A stretch of 64,000 nucleotides of DNA. It comes from Eledone cirrhosa (lineage: Eukaryota). A program made the position numbers and the translations under genes. The stretch covers positions 40,135,096 to 40,199,095 of the forward strand of contig OZ024758.1 of assembly GCA_964016885.1 (NCBI GenBank). The letters are read 5' to 3'. The notes beneath the pieces were generated by a model, which was not told the origin of the DNA, did not search any database, and saw only the letters and a list, made by a program, of their open reading frames with translations. Of the stretch, positions 25,501 to 39,070 are shown in pieces (positions within the stretch are counted from its first letter, which is position 1; each line of letters opens with the position of its first letter).

Positions 25501-27520
25501 CTTAGGATAGCTTAGCTTAGCTTAGCTTAGGATAGCTTAGGATAGCTTAGCTTAGGATAACTTAGGATAGCTTAGCTTAGGATAGCTTAGGATAGCTTAG
25601 CTTAGGATAGCTTAGCTTAGGATAGCTTAGCTTAGCTTAGCTTAGCTTAGGATAGCTTAGGATAGCTTAGGATAGCTTAGCTTAGGATAGCTTAGCTTAG
25701 GATAGCTTAGGATAGCTTAGCTTAGCTTAGCTTAGGATAGCTTAGCTTAGCTTAGCTTAGCTTAGGATAGCTTAGCTTAGCTTAGCTTAGGATAGCTTAG
25801 CTTAGGATAGCTTAGGATAGCTTAGCTTAGGATAGCTTAGGATAGCTTAGCTTAGGATAGCTTAGGATAGCTTAGCTTAGGATAGCTTAGGATAGCTTAG
25901 CTTAGGATAGCTTAGCTTAGGATAGCTTAGGATAGCTTAGCTTAGCTTAGCTTAGGATAGCTTAGCTTAGCTTAGCTTAGGATAGCTTAGCTTAGCTTAG
26001 CTTAGGATAGCTTAGCTTGGGATAGCTTAGGATAGCTTAGCTTAGGATAGCTTAGCTTAGGATAGCTTAGGATAGCTTAGCTTAGCTTAGCTTAGGATAG
26101 CTTACCTTAGCTTAGGATAGATTAGCTTAGCTTAGCTTAGGATAGCTTAGCTTAGCTTAGGATAGCTTAGCTTAGCTTAGCTTAGGATAGCTTAGCTTAG
26201 GATAGCTTAGCTTAGGATAGCTTAGCTTAGGATAGCTTAGCTTAGGATAGCTTAGCTTAGGATAGCTTAGCTTAGCTTAGGTTAGCTTAGCTTAGCTTAG
26301 CTTAGGATAGCTTAGCTTAGGATAGCTTAGGATAGCTTAGCTTAGCTTAGCTTAGGATAGCTTAGCTTAGCTTAGCTTAGTATAGCTTAGCTTAGCTTAG
26401 CTTAGGATAGCTTAGCTTAGCTTAGCTTAGGATAGCTTAGCTTAGCTTAGGATAGCTTAGCTTAGCTTAGCTTAGGATAGCTTAGCTTAGCTTAGCTTAG
26501 GATAGCTTAGCTTAGCTTAGCTTAGGATAGCTTAGCTTAGCTTAGTTTAGGATAGCTTAGGTTAGGATAGCTTAGCTTAGCTTAGCTTAGGATAGCTTAG
26601 CTTAGCTTAGCTTAGCTTAGGATAGCTTAGCTTAGCTTAGCTTAGGATAGCTTAGCTTAGCTTAGGATAGCTTAGCTTAGCTTAGCTTAGGATAGCTTAG
26701 CTTAGCTTGGCTTAGGATAGCCTAGCTTAGCTTAGCTTAGGATGGCTTAGCTTAGCTTAGCTTAGGATAGCTTAGCTTAGCTTAGCTTAGCTTAGTTTAG
26801 GATAGCTTAGCTTAGCTTAGCTTAGGATAGCTTAGGATAGCTTAGCTTAGGATAGCTTAGGATAGCTTAGCTTAGGATAGCTTAGGATAGCTTAGCTTAG
26901 GATAGCTTAGCTTAGGATAGCTTAGCTTAGGATAGCTTATGATAGCTTAGCTTAGGATAGCTTAGGATAGCTTAGGATAGCTTAGCTTAGGATAGCTTAG
27001 CTTAGGATAGCTTAGGAAAGCTTAGCTTAGCTTAGCTTAGGATAGCTTAGCTTAGCTTAGGATAGCTTAGCTTAGCTTAGCTTAGCTTAGGATAGCTTAG
27101 CTTAGCTTAGCTTAGGATAGCTTAGGATAGCTTAGCTTAGGATAACTTAGGATAGCTTAGCTTAGGATAGCTTAGGATAGTTTAGCTTAGGATAGCTTAG
27201 CTTAGGATAGCTTAGCTTAGCTTAGCTTAGCTTAGGATAGCTTAGGATAGCTTAGGATAGCTTAGCTTAGGATAGCTTAGCTTAGGATAGCTTAGGATAG
27301 CTTAGCTTAGCTTAGCTTAGGATAGCTTAGCTTAGCTTAGTTTAGGATAGCTTAGCTTAGCTTAGCTTAGCTTAGGATAGCTTAGCTTAGCTTAGCTTAG
27401 GATAGCTTAGGATAGCTTAGCTTAGGATAGCTTAGGATAGCTTAGCTTAGGATAGCTTAGGATAGCTTAGCTTAGGATAGCTTAGGATAGCTTAGCTTAG
27501 GATAGCTTAGGATAGCTTAG
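21050..27520 (+). repeat. Four tandem copies of an about 1.6 kb unit organised as two 3.23 kb dimers (family D)
   Basis: GCTTG-GCTTA-GGATA-GCCTA...GGATG with GCCTA at 21915, 23485, 25135, 26720. Dimer-specific markers are AGATA 21055/24280 and GTTTA 23945/27180. Confidence 0.88.
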
Positions 27521-29029
27521 CTTAGGATAGCTTAGCTTAGGATAGCTTAGGATAGCTTAGCTTAGCTTAGCTTAGGATAGCTTAGCTTAGCTTAGCTTAG
27601 GATAGCTTAGCTTAGCTTAGCTTAGGATAGCTTAGCTTAGCTTACCTTAGGATAGCTTAGCTTAGCTTAGGATAGCTTAGCTTAGGATAGCTTAGCTTAG
27701 GATAGCTTAGGATAGCTTACCTTAGGAGAGCTTAGCTTAGGAAAGCTTAGCTTAGGATAGCTTAGGATAGCTTAGCTTAGGATAGCTTAGCTTAGGATAG
27801 CTTAGCTTAGGATAGCTTAGGATAGCTTAGCTTAGCTTAGCTTAGGATAGCTTAGCTTAGCTTAGCTTAGGATAGCTTAGCTTAGCTTAGCTTAGGATAG
27901 CTTAGCTTAGCTTAGCTTAGGATAGCTTAGGATAGCTTAGCTTAGGATAGCTTAGGATAGCTTAGCTTAGGATAGCTTAGGATAGCTTAGCTTAGGATAG
28001 CTTAGCTTAGGATAGCTTAGGATAGCTTAGCTTAGCTTAGCTTAGGATAGCTTAGGATAGCTTAGCTTAGGATAGCTTAGGATAGCTTAGCTTAGGATAG
28101 ATTAGGATAGCTTAGCTTAGGATAGTTTAGGATAGCTTAGCTTAGGATAGCTTAGCTTAGGATAGCTTAGCTTAGCTTAGGATAGCTTAGCTTAGCTTAG
28201 CTTAGGATAGCTTAGCTTGGGATAGCTTAGGATAGCTTAGCTTAGGATAGCTTAGCTTAGGATAGCTTAGGATAGCTTAGCTTAGCTTAGCTTAGGATAG
28301 CTTAGCTTAGCATAGCTTCGGATAGCTTAGCTTAGCTTAGGATAGCTTAGCTTAGCTTAGCTTAGGATAGCTTAGCTAAACTTAGCTTAGGATAGCTTAG
28401 CTTAGCTTAGCTTAGAATAGCTTAGCTTAGGATAGCTTAGCTTAGGATAGCTTAGCTTAGGATAGCTTAGGATAGCTTAGCTTAGGATAGCTTAGGATAG
28501 CTTAGCTTAGGATAGCTTAGCTTAGCTTAGCTTAGGATAGCTTAGCTTAGCTTAGGATAGCTTAGCTTAGCTTAGCTTAGGATAGCTTAGCTTAGGATAG
28601 CTTAGGAAAGCTTAGCTTAGCTTAGCTTAGGATAGCTTAGCTTAGCTTAGCTTAGGATAGCTTAGCTTAGCTTAGGATAGCTTAGCTTAGCTTAGGATAG
28701 CTTAGCTTAGCTTAGCTTAGGATAGCTTAGCTTAGCTTAGCTTAGGATAGCTTAGCTTAGCTTAGCATAGGATAGCTTAGCTTAGCTTAGCTTAGGATAG
28801 CTTAGCTTAGCTTAGCTTAGGATAGCTTAGCTTAGGATAGCTTAGCTTAGCTTAGCTTAGGATAGCTTAGCTTAGCTTAGCTTAGCTTAGGATAGCTTAG
28901 CTTAGCTTAGCTTAGGATAGCTTAGCTTAGCTTAGCTTAGGATAGCTTAGCTTAGATTAGCTTAGGATAGCTTCGCTTAGCTTAGCTTAGGATAGCTTAG
29001 CTTAGTTTAGGAAAGCTTAGCTTAGCTTA

Positions 29030-32000
29030 GCTTAGGATAGCTTAGCTTAGCTTAGGATAGCTTAGCTTAGCTTAGGATAGCTTAGCTTAGCTTAGCTTAG
29101 GATAGCTTAGCTTAGCTTAGCTTAGGATAGCTTAGCTTAGCATAGGATAGCTTAGCTTAGCTTAGCTTAGGATAGCTTAGCTTAGCTTAGCTTAGGATAG
29201 CTTAGCTTAGGATAGCTTAGCTTAGCTTAGCTTAGGATAGCTTAGGATAGCTTAGCTTAGGATAGCTTAGCTTAGGATAGCTTAGGAAAGCTTAGCTTAG
29301 CTTAGCTTAGGATAGCTTAGCTTAGCTTAGCTTAGGATAGCTTAGCTTAGCTTAGCTTAGGATAGCTTAGGATAGCTTAGCTTAGGATAGCTTAGGATAG
29401 CTTAGCTTAGGATAGCTTAGCTTAGGATAGCTTAGCTTAGGATAGCTTAGGATAGCTTAGCTTAGGATAGCTTAGGATAGCTTAGCTTAGCTTAGCTTAG
29501 GATAGCTTAGCTTAGCTTAGCTTAGGATAGCTTAGCTTAGCTTAGCTTAGGATAGCTTAGGATAGCTTAGCTTAGGATAGCTTAGGATAGCTTAGCTTAG
29601 GATAGCTTAGGATAGCTTAGCTTAGGAAGCTTAGGATAGCTTAGCTTAGGATAGCTTAGCTTAGGATAGCTTATCTTAGCTTAGCTTAGCTTAGGATAGC
29701 TTAGGATAGCTTAGCTTAGGATAGCTTAGCTTAGCTTAGCTTAGGATAGCTTAGCTTAGCTTAGGATAGCTTAGCTTAGCTTAGCTTAGAATAGCTTAGC
29801 TTAGCTTAGGATAGCTTAGCTTAGCTTAGCTTAGGATAGCTTAGCTTAGCTTAGGATAGCTTAGCTTAGCTTAGCTTAGGATAGCTTAGCTTAGCTTAGC
29901 TTAGCTTAGGATAGCTTAGGATAGCTTAGCTTAGGATAGCTTAGCTTAGGTTAGCTTAGCTTAGCTTAGCTTAGGATAGCTTAGGATAGCTTAGCTTAGG
30001 ATAGCTTAGCTTAGCTTAGGATAGCTTAGCTTAGCTTAGCTTAGGAGAGCTTAGCTTAGCTTAGCTTAGGATAGCTTAGCTTAGGATAGCTTAGGATAGC
30101 TTAGCTTAGCTTAGGATAGCTTAGCTTAGCTTAGCTTAGGATAGCTTAGCTTAGCTTAGGATAGCTTAGCTTAGCTTAGCTTAGGATAGCTTAGCTTAGC
30201 TTAGCTTAGGATAGCTTAGCTTAGCTTAGCTTAGGATAGCTTAGCTTAGCTTAGGATAGCTTAGGATAGCTTAGGATAGCTTAGCTTAGCTTAGGATAGC
30301 TTAGCTTAGCTTAGCTTATGATAGCTTAGCTTAGCTTAGCTTAGGATAGCTTAGCTTAGCTTAGGATAGCTTAGCTTAGCTTAGCTTAGGATAGCTTAGC
30401 TTAGCTTAGCTTAGGATAGCTTAGCTTAGCTTAGCTTAGGATAGATTAGCTTAGCTTAGCTTAGGATAGCTTAGCTTAGCTTAGCTTAGGATAGCTTAGC
30501 TTAGCTTAGCTTAGGATAGCTTAGCTTAGCTTAGGATAGCTTAGCTTAGCTTAGGATAGCTTAGCTTAGCTTAGGATAGCTTAGCTTAGCTTAGCTTAGC
30601 TTAGGAGAGCTTAGCTTAGCTTAGCTTAGGATAGCTTAGCTTAGCTTAGCTTAGGATAGCTTAGCTTAGCTTAGGATAGCTTAGCTTAGCTTAGCTTATC
30701 TTAGCTTAGGATAGCTTAGCTTAGCTTAGCTTAGGATAGCTTAGCTTAGCTTAGCTTAGGATAGCTTAGGATAGCTTAGCTTAGGATAGCTTAGGATAGC
30801 TTACCTTAGGATAGCTTAGCTTAGGATAGCTTAGCTTAGGATAGCTTAGGATAGCTTAGCTTAGCTTAGCTTAGGATAACTTAGCTTAGCTTAGCTTAGG
30901 ATAGCTTAGCTTAGCTTAGCATAGGATAGCTTAGCTTAGCTTAGGATAGCTTAGCTTAGCTTAGCTTAGGATAGCTTAGCTTAGCTTAGCTTAGGATAGC
31001 TTAGCTTAGGATAGCTTAGCTTAGGATAGCTTAGCTTAGGATAGCTTAGGATAGCTTAGCTTAGGATAGCTTAGGATAGCTTAGCTTCGGATAGCTTAGC
31101 TTAGCTAAGGATTGCTTAGCTTAGGATAGCTTAGGATAGCTTAGCTTAGCTTAGCTTAGGATAGCTTAGCTTAGCTTAGGATAGCTTATCTTAGCTTAGG
31201 ATAGCTTAGCTTAGCTTAGGATAGCTTAGCTTAGCTTAGGATAGCTTAGCTTAGCTTAGCTTAGGATAGCTTAGCTTAGCTTAGCTTAGGATAGCTTAGC
31301 TTAGCTTAGCTTAGGATAGCTTAGCTTAGCTTAGCTTAGGATAGCTTAGCTTAGCTTAGCTTAGGAGAGCTTAGCTTAGCTTAGCTTAGGATAGCTTAGC
31401 TTAGCTTAGGATAGCTTAGCTTAGCTTAGCTTAGGATAGCTTAGCTTAGCTTAGTTTAGGATAGCTTAGCTTAGCTTAGCTTAGCTTAGGATAGCTTAGC
31501 TTAGCTTAGCTTAGCTTAGGATAGCTTAGCTTAGCTTAGGATAGCTTAGCTTAGCTTAGCTTAGGATAGCTTAGCTTAGCTTAGGATAGCTTAGCTTAGC
31601 TTAGCTTAGGATAGCTTAGCTTAGCTTAGGATAGCTTAGCTTAGCTTAGGATAGCTTAGCTTAGCTTAGCTTAGGATAGCTTAGCTTAGCATAGGATAGC
31701 TTAGCTTAGCTTAGCTTAGGATAGCTTAGCTTAGCTTAGCTTAGGATAGCTTAGCTTAGGATAGCTTAGCTTAGCTTAGCTTAGGATAGCTTAGGATAGC
31801 TTAGCTTAGGATAGCTTAGCTTAGGATAGCTTAGGAAAGCTTAGCTTAGCTTAGCTTAGGATAGCTTAGCTTAGCTTAGCTTAGGATAGCTTAGCTTAGC
31901 TTAGCTTAGGATAGCTTAGGATAGCTTAGCTTAGGATAGCTTAGGATAGCTTAGCTTAGGATAGCTTAGCTTAGGATAGCTTAGCTTAGGATAGCTTAGG

Positions 32001-34170
32001 ATAGCTTAGCTTAGGATAGCTTAGGATAGCTTAGCTTAGCTTAGCTTAGGATAGCTTAGCTTAGCTTAGCTTAGGATAGCTTAGCTTAGCTTAGCTTAGG
32101 ATAGCTTAGGATAGCTTAGCTTAGGATAGCTTAGGATAGCTTAGCTTAGGATAGCTTAGGATAGCTTAGCTTAGGAAGCTTAGGATAGCTTAGCTTAGGA
32201 TAGCTTAGCTTAGGATAGCTTATCTTAGCTTAGCTTAGCTTAGGATAGCTTAGGATAGCTTAGCTTAGGATAGCTTAGCTTAGCTTAGCTTAGGATAGCT
32301 TAGCTTAGCTTAGGATAGCTTAGCTTAGCTTAGCTTAGAATAGCTTAGCTTAGCTTAGGATAGCTTAGCTTAGCTTAGCTTAGGATAGCTTAGCTTAGCT
32401 TAGGATAGCTTAGCTTAGCTTAGCTTAGGATAGCTTAGCTTAGCTTAGCTTAGCTTAGGATAGCTTAGGATAGCTTAGCTTAGGATAGCTTAGCTTAGGT
32501 TAGCTTAGCTTAGCTTAGCTTAGGATAGCTTAGGATAGCTTAGCTTAGGATAGCTTAGCTTAGCTTAGGATAGCTTAGCTTAGCTTAGCTTAGGAGAGCT
32601 TAGCTTAGCTTAGCTTAGGATAGCTTAGCTTAGGATAGCTTAGGATAGCTTAGCTTAGCTTAGGATAGCTTAGCTTAGCTTAGCTTAGGATAGCTTAGCT
32701 TAGCTTAGGATAGCTTAGCTTAGCTTAGCTTAGGATAGCTTAGCTTAGCTTAGCTTAGGATAGCTTAGCTTAGCTTAGCTTAGGATAGCTTAGCTTAGCT
32801 TAGGATAGCTTAGGATAGCTTAGGATAGCTTAGCTTAGCTTAGGATAGCTTAGCTTAGCTTAGCTTATGATAGCTTAGCTTAGCTTAGCTTAGGATAGCT
32901 TAGCTTAGCTTAGGATAGCTTAGCTTAGCTTAGCTTAGGATAGCTTAGCTTAGCTTAGCTTAGGATAGCTTAGCTTAGCTTAGCTTAGGATAGATTAGCT
33001 TAGCTTAGCTTAGGATAGCTTAGCTTAGCTTAGCTTAGGATAGCTTAGCTTAGCTTAGCTTAGGATAGCTTAGCTTAGCTTAGGATAGCTTAGCTTAGCT
33101 TAGGATAGCTTAGCTTAGCTTAGGATAGCTTAGCTTAGCTTAGCTTAGCTTAGGAGAGCTTAGCTTAGCTTAGCTTAGGATAGCTTAGCTTAGCTTAGCT
33201 TAGGATAGCTTAGCTTAGCTTAGGATAGCTTAGCTTAGCTTAGCTTATCTTAGCTTAGGATAGCTTAGCTTAGCTTAGCTTAGGATAGCTTAGCTTAGCT
33301 TAGCTTAGGATAGCTTAGGATAGCTTAGCTTAGGATAGCTTAGGATAGCTTACCTTAGGATAGCTTAGCTTAGGATAGCTTAGCTTAGGATAGCTTAGGA
33401 TAGCTTAGCTTAGCTTAGCTTAGGATAACTTAGCTTAGCTTAGCTTAGGATAGCTTAGCTTAGCTTAGCATAGGATAGCTTAGCTTAGCTTAGGATAGCT
33501 TAGCTTAGCTTAGCTTAGGATAGCTTAGCTTAGCTTAGCTTAGGATAGCTTAGCTTAGGATAGCTTAGCTTAGGATAGCTTAGCTTAGGATAGCTTAGGA
33601 TAGCTTAGCTTAGGATAGCTTAGGATAGCTTAGCTTCGGATAGCTTAGCTTAGCTAAGGATTGCTTAGCTTAGGATAGCTTAGGATAGCTTAGCTTAGCT
33701 TAGCTTAGGATAGCTTAGCTTAGCTTAGGATAGCTTATCTTAGCTTAGGATAGCTTAGCTTAGCTTAGGATAGCTTAGCTTAGCTTAGGATAGCTTAGCT
33801 TAGCTTAGCTTAGGATAGCTTAGCTTAGCTTAGCTTAGGATAGCTTAGCTTAGCTTAGCTTAGGATAGCTTAGCTTAGCTTAGCTTAGGATAGCTTAGCT
33901 TAGCTTAGCTTAGGAGAGCTTAGCTTAGCTTAGCTTAGGATAGCTTAGCTTAGCTTAGGATAGCTTAGCTTAGCTTAGCTTAGGATAGCTTAGCTTAGCT
34001 TAGTTTAGGATAGCTTAGCTTAGCTTAGCTTAGCTTAGGATAGCTTAGCTTAGCTTAGCTTAGCTTAGGATAGCTTAGCTTAGCTTAGGATAGCTTAGCT
34101 TAGCTTAGCTTAGGATAGCTTAGCTTAGCTTAGGATAGCTTAGCTTAGCTTAGCTTAGGATAGCTTAGCT
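29030..34170 (+). repeat. Near-identical 2549-bp tandem duplication (family E)
   Basis: Constant 2549 offset for GCATA 29140/31689, GGAAA 29285/31834, GGAA deletion 29625/32174 and GCTTC 31084/33633. Confidence 0.92.
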
Positions 34171-37100
34171 TAGCTTAGGATAGCTTAGCTTAGCTTAGCT
34201 TAGCTTAGGATAGTTTAGCTTAGCTTAGCTTAGCTTAGGATAGCTTAGCTTAGCTTAGGATAGCTTAGGATAGCTTAGCTTAGGATAGCTTAGCATAGCT
34301 TAGCTTAGGATAGCTTAGCTTCGGATAGCTTAGCTTAGGATAGCTTAGGATAGCTTAGCTTAGCTTAGCTTAGGATAGCTTAGCTTAGCTTAGCTTAGGA
34401 TAGCTTAGCTTAGCTTAGCTTAGGATAGCTTAGGATAGCTTAGCTTAGGATAGCTTAGGATAGCTTAGCTTAGGAAAGCTTAGGATAGCTTAGCTTAGGA
34501 TAGCTTAGGATAGCTTAGCTTAGGATAGCTTAGGATAGCTTAGCTTAGCTTAGCTTAGGATAGCTTAGCTTAGCTTAGCCTAGGTAGCTTAGCTTAGCTT
34601 AGCTTAGGATAGCTTAGGATAGCTTAGCTTAGGATAGCTTAGGATAGCTTAGCTTATGATAGCTTAGCTTAGGATAGCTTAGGATAGCTTAGCTTAGGAT
34701 AGCTTAGCTTAGGATAGCTTAGGATAGCTTAGCTTAGCTTAGCTTAGGATAGCTTAGCTTAGCTTAGGATAGCTTAGCTTAGCTTAGCTTAGCTTAGGAT
34801 AGCTTAGCTTAGCTTAGCTTAGGATAGCTTAGCTTAGCTTAGCTTAGGATAGCTTAGGATAGCTTAGCTTAGGATAGCTTAGGATAGCTTAGCTTAGGAT
34901 AGCTTAGGATAGCTTAGCTTAGGATAGCTTAGGATAGCTTAGCTTAGGATAGCTTAGGATAGCTTAGCTTAGCTTAGCTTAGGATAGCTTAGCTTAGCTT
35001 AGCTTAGGTAGCTTAGCTTAGCTTAGCTTAGGATAGCTTAGGATAGCTTAGCTTAGGATAGCTTAGCTTAGCTTAGGATAGCTTAGCTTAGCTTAGCTTA
35101 GGATAGCTTAGCTTAGCTTAGCTTAGGATAGCTTAGCTTAGCTTAGGATAGCTTAGCTTAGCTTAGCTTAGGATAGCTTAGCTTAGCTTAGGATAGCTTA
35201 GCTTAGCTTAGCTTAGCTTAGGAGAGCTTAGCTTAGCTTAGGATAGCTTAGCTTAGCTTAGCTTAGGATAGCTTAGCTTAGCTTAGGATAGCTTAGCTTA
35301 GCTTAGCTTATCTTAGCTTAGGATAGCTTAGCTTAGCTTAGCTTAGGATAGCTTAGCTTAGCTTAGCTTAGGATAGCTTAGGATAGCTTAGCTTAGGATA
35401 GCTTAGGATAGCTTACCTTAGGATAGCTTAGCTTAGGATAGCTTAGCTTAGGATAGCTTAGGATAGCTTAGCTTAGCTTAGCTTAGGATAACTTAGCTTA
35501 GCTTAGCTTAGGATAGCTTAGCTTAGCTTAGCTTAGGATAGCTTAGCTTAGCTTAGGATAGCTTAGCTTAGCTTAGCTTAGGATAGCTTAGCTTAGCTTA
35601 GCTTAGGATAGCTTAGCTTAGGATAGCTTAGCTTAGGATAGCTTAGCTTAGGATAGCTTAGGATAGCTTAGCTTAGGATAGCTTAGGATAGCTTAGCTTC
35701 GGATAGCTTAGCTTAGCTAAGGATTGCTTAGCTTAGGATAGCTTAGGATAGCTTAGCTTAGCTTAGCTTAGGATAGCTTAGGATAGCTTAGCTTAGGATA
35801 GCTTAGCTTAGGTTAGCTTAGCTTAGCTTAGCTTAGGATAGCTTAGGATAGCTTAGCTTAGGATAGCTTAGCTTAGCTTAGGATAGCTTAGCTTAGCTTA
35901 GCTTAGGAGAGCTTAGCTTAGCTTAGCTTAGGATAGCTTAGCTTAGGATAGCTTAGGATAGCTTAGCTTAGCTTAGGATAGCTTAGCTTAGCTTAGCTTA
36001 GGATAGCTTAGCTTAGCTTAGCTTAGGATAGCTTAGCTTAGCTTAGCTTAGGATAGCTTAGCTTAGCTTAGCTTAGGATAGCTTAGCTTAGCTTAGGATA
36101 GCTTAGGATAGCTTAGGATAGCTTAGCTTAGCTTAGGATAGCTTAGCTTAGCTTAGCTTATGATAGCTTAGCTTAGCTTAGCTTAGGATAGCTTAGCTTA
36201 GCTTAGGATAGCTTAGCTTAGCTTAGCTTAGGATAGCTTAGCTTAGCTTAGCTTAGGATAGCTTAGCTTAGCTTAGCTTAGGATAGATTAGCTTAGCTTA
36301 GCTTAGGATAGCTTAGCTTAGCTTAGCTTAGGATAGCTTAGCTTAGCTTAGCTTAGGATAGCTTAGCTTAGCTTAGGATAGCTTAGCTTAGCTTAGGATA
36401 GCTTAGCTTAGCTTAGGATAGCTTAGCTTAGCTTAGCTTAGCTTAGGAGAGCTTAGCTTAGCTTAGCTTAGGATAGCTTAGCTTAGCTTAGCTTAGGATA
36501 GCTTAGCTTAGCTTAGGATAGCTTAGCTTAGCTTAGCTTATCTTAGCTTAGGATAGCTTAGCTTAGCTTAGCTTAGGATAGCTTAGCTTAGCTTAGCTTA
36601 GGATAGCTTAGGATAGCTTAGCTTAGGATAGCTTAGGATAGCTTACCTTAGGATAGCTTAGCTTAGGATAGCTTAGCTTAGGATAGCTTAGGATAGCTTA
36701 GCTTAGCTTAGCTTAGGATAACTTAGCTTAGCTTAGCTTAGGATAGCTTAGCTTAGCTTAGCATAGGATAGCTTAGCTTAGCTTAGGATAGCTTAGCTTA
36801 GCTTAGCTTAGGATAGCTTAGCTTAGCTTAGCTTAGGATAGCTTAGCTTAGGATAGCTTAGCTTAGGATAGCTTAGCTTAGGATAGCTTAGGATAGCTTA
36901 GCTTAGGATAGCTTAGGATAGCTTAGCTTCGGATAGCTTAGCTTAGCTAAGGATTGCTTAGCTTAGGATAGCTTAGGATAGCTTAGCTTAGCTTAGCTTA
37001 GGATAGCTTAGCTTAGCTTAGGATAGCTTATCTTAGCTTAGGATAGCTTAGCTTAGCTTAGGATAGCTTAGCTTAGCTTAGGATAGCTTAGCTTAGCTTA

Positions 37101-39070
37101 GCTTAGGATAGCTTAGCTTAGCTTAGCTTAGGATAGCTTAGCTTAGCTTAGCTTAGGATAGCTTAGCTTAGCTTAGCTTAGGATAGCTTAGCTTAGCTTA
37201 GCTTAGGAGAGCTTAGCTTAGCTTAGCTTAGGATAGCTTAGCTTAGCTTAGGATAGCTTAGCTTAGCTTAGCTTAGGATAGCTTAGCTTAGCTTAGTTTA
37301 GGATAGCTTAGCTTAGCTTAGCTTAGCTTAGGATAGCTTAGCTTAGCTTAGCTTAGCTTAGGATAGCTTAGCTTAGCTTAGGATAGCTTAGCTTAGCTTA
37401 GCTTAGGATAGCTTAGCTTAGGATAGCTTAGCTTAGCTTAGCTTAGGATAGCTTAGCTTAGCTTAGCTTAGGATAGCTTAGCTTAGCTTAGCTTAGCTTA
37501 GGATAGTTTAGCTTAGCTTAGCTTAGCTTAGGATAGCTTAGCTTAGCTTAGGATAGCTTAGGATAGCTTAGCTTAGGATAGCTTAGCATAGCTTAGCTTA
37601 GGATAGCTTAGCTTAGGATAGCTTAGCTTAGGATAGCTTAGGATAGCTTAGCTTAGCTTAGCTTAGGATAGCTTAGCTTAGCTTAGCTTAGGATAGCTTA
37701 GCTTAGCTTAGCTTAGGATAGCTTAGGATAGCTTAGCTTAGGATAGCTTAGGATAGCTTAGCTTAGGAAAGCTTAGGATAGCTTAGCTTAGGATAGCTTA
37801 GGATAGCTTAGCTTAGGATAGCTTAGGATAGCTTAGCTTAGCTTAGCTTAGGATAGCTTAGCTTAGCTTAGCCTAGGTAGCTTAGCTTAGCTTAGCTTAG
37901 GATAGCTTAGGATAGCTTAGCTTAGGATAGCTTAGGATAGCTTAGCTTATGATAGCTTAGCTTAGGATAGCTTAGGATAGCTTAGCTTAGGATAGCTTAG
38001 CTTAGGATAGCTTAGGATAGCTTAGCTTAGCTTAGCTTAGGATAGCTTAGCTTAGCTTAGGATAGCTTAGCTTAGCTTAGCTTAGCTTAGGATAGCTTAG
38101 CTTAGCTTAGCTTAGGATAGCTTAGCTTAGCTTAGCTTAGGATAGCTTAGGATAGCTTAGCTTAGGATAGCTTAGGATAGCTTAGCTTAGGATAGCTTAG
38201 GATAGCTTAGCTTAGGATAGCTTAGGATAGCTTAGCTTAGGATAGCTTAGGATAGCTTAGCTTAGCTTAGCTTAGGATAGCTTAGCTTAGCTTAGCTTAG
38301 GTAGCTTAGCTTAGCTTAGCTTAGGATAGCTTAGGATAGCTTAGCTTAGGATAGCTTAGCTTAGCTTAGGATAGCTTAGCTTAGCTTAGCTTAGGATAGC
38401 TTAGCTTAGCTTAGCTTAGGATAGCTTAGCTTAGCTTAGGATAGCTTAGCTTAGCTTAGCTTAGGATAGCTTAGCTTAGCTTAGGATAGCTTAGCTTAGC
38501 TTAGCTTAGCTTAGGAGAGCTTAGCTTAGCTTAGGATAGCTTAGCTTAGCTTAGCTTAGGATAGCTTAGCTTAGCTTAGGATAGCTTAGCTTAGCTTAGC
38601 TTATCTTAGCTTAGGATAGCTTAGCTTAGCTTAGCTTAGGATAGCTTAGCTTAGCTTAGCTTAGGATAGCTTAGGATAGCTTAGCTTAGGATAGCTTAGG
38701 ATAGCTTACCTTAGGATAGCTTAGCTTAGGATAGCTTAGCTTAGGATAGCTTAGGATAGCTTAGCTTAGCTTAGCTTAGGATAACTTAGCTTAGCTTAGC
38801 TTAGGATAGCTTAGCTTAGCTTAGCTTAGGATAGCTTAGCTTAGCTTAGGATAGCTTAGCTTAGCTTAGCTTAGGATAGCTTAGCTTAGCTTAGCTTAGG
38901 ATAGCTTAGCTTAGGATAGCTTAGCTTAGGATAGCTTAGCTTAGGATAGCTTAGGATAGCTTAGCTTAGGATAGCTTAGGATAGCTTAGCTTCGGATAGC
39001 TTAGCTTAGCTAAGGATTGCTTAGCTTAGGATAGCTTAGGATAGCTTAGCTTAGCTTAGCTTAGGATAGC
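32450..39070 (+). repeat. Near-identical 3293-bp tandem duplication (family E derivative)
   Basis: Constant 3293 offset for GCTTC 33633/36926 and 35696/38989, GCCTA-GGTA 34578/37871, and GGTA 35007/38300. Confidence 0.92.
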
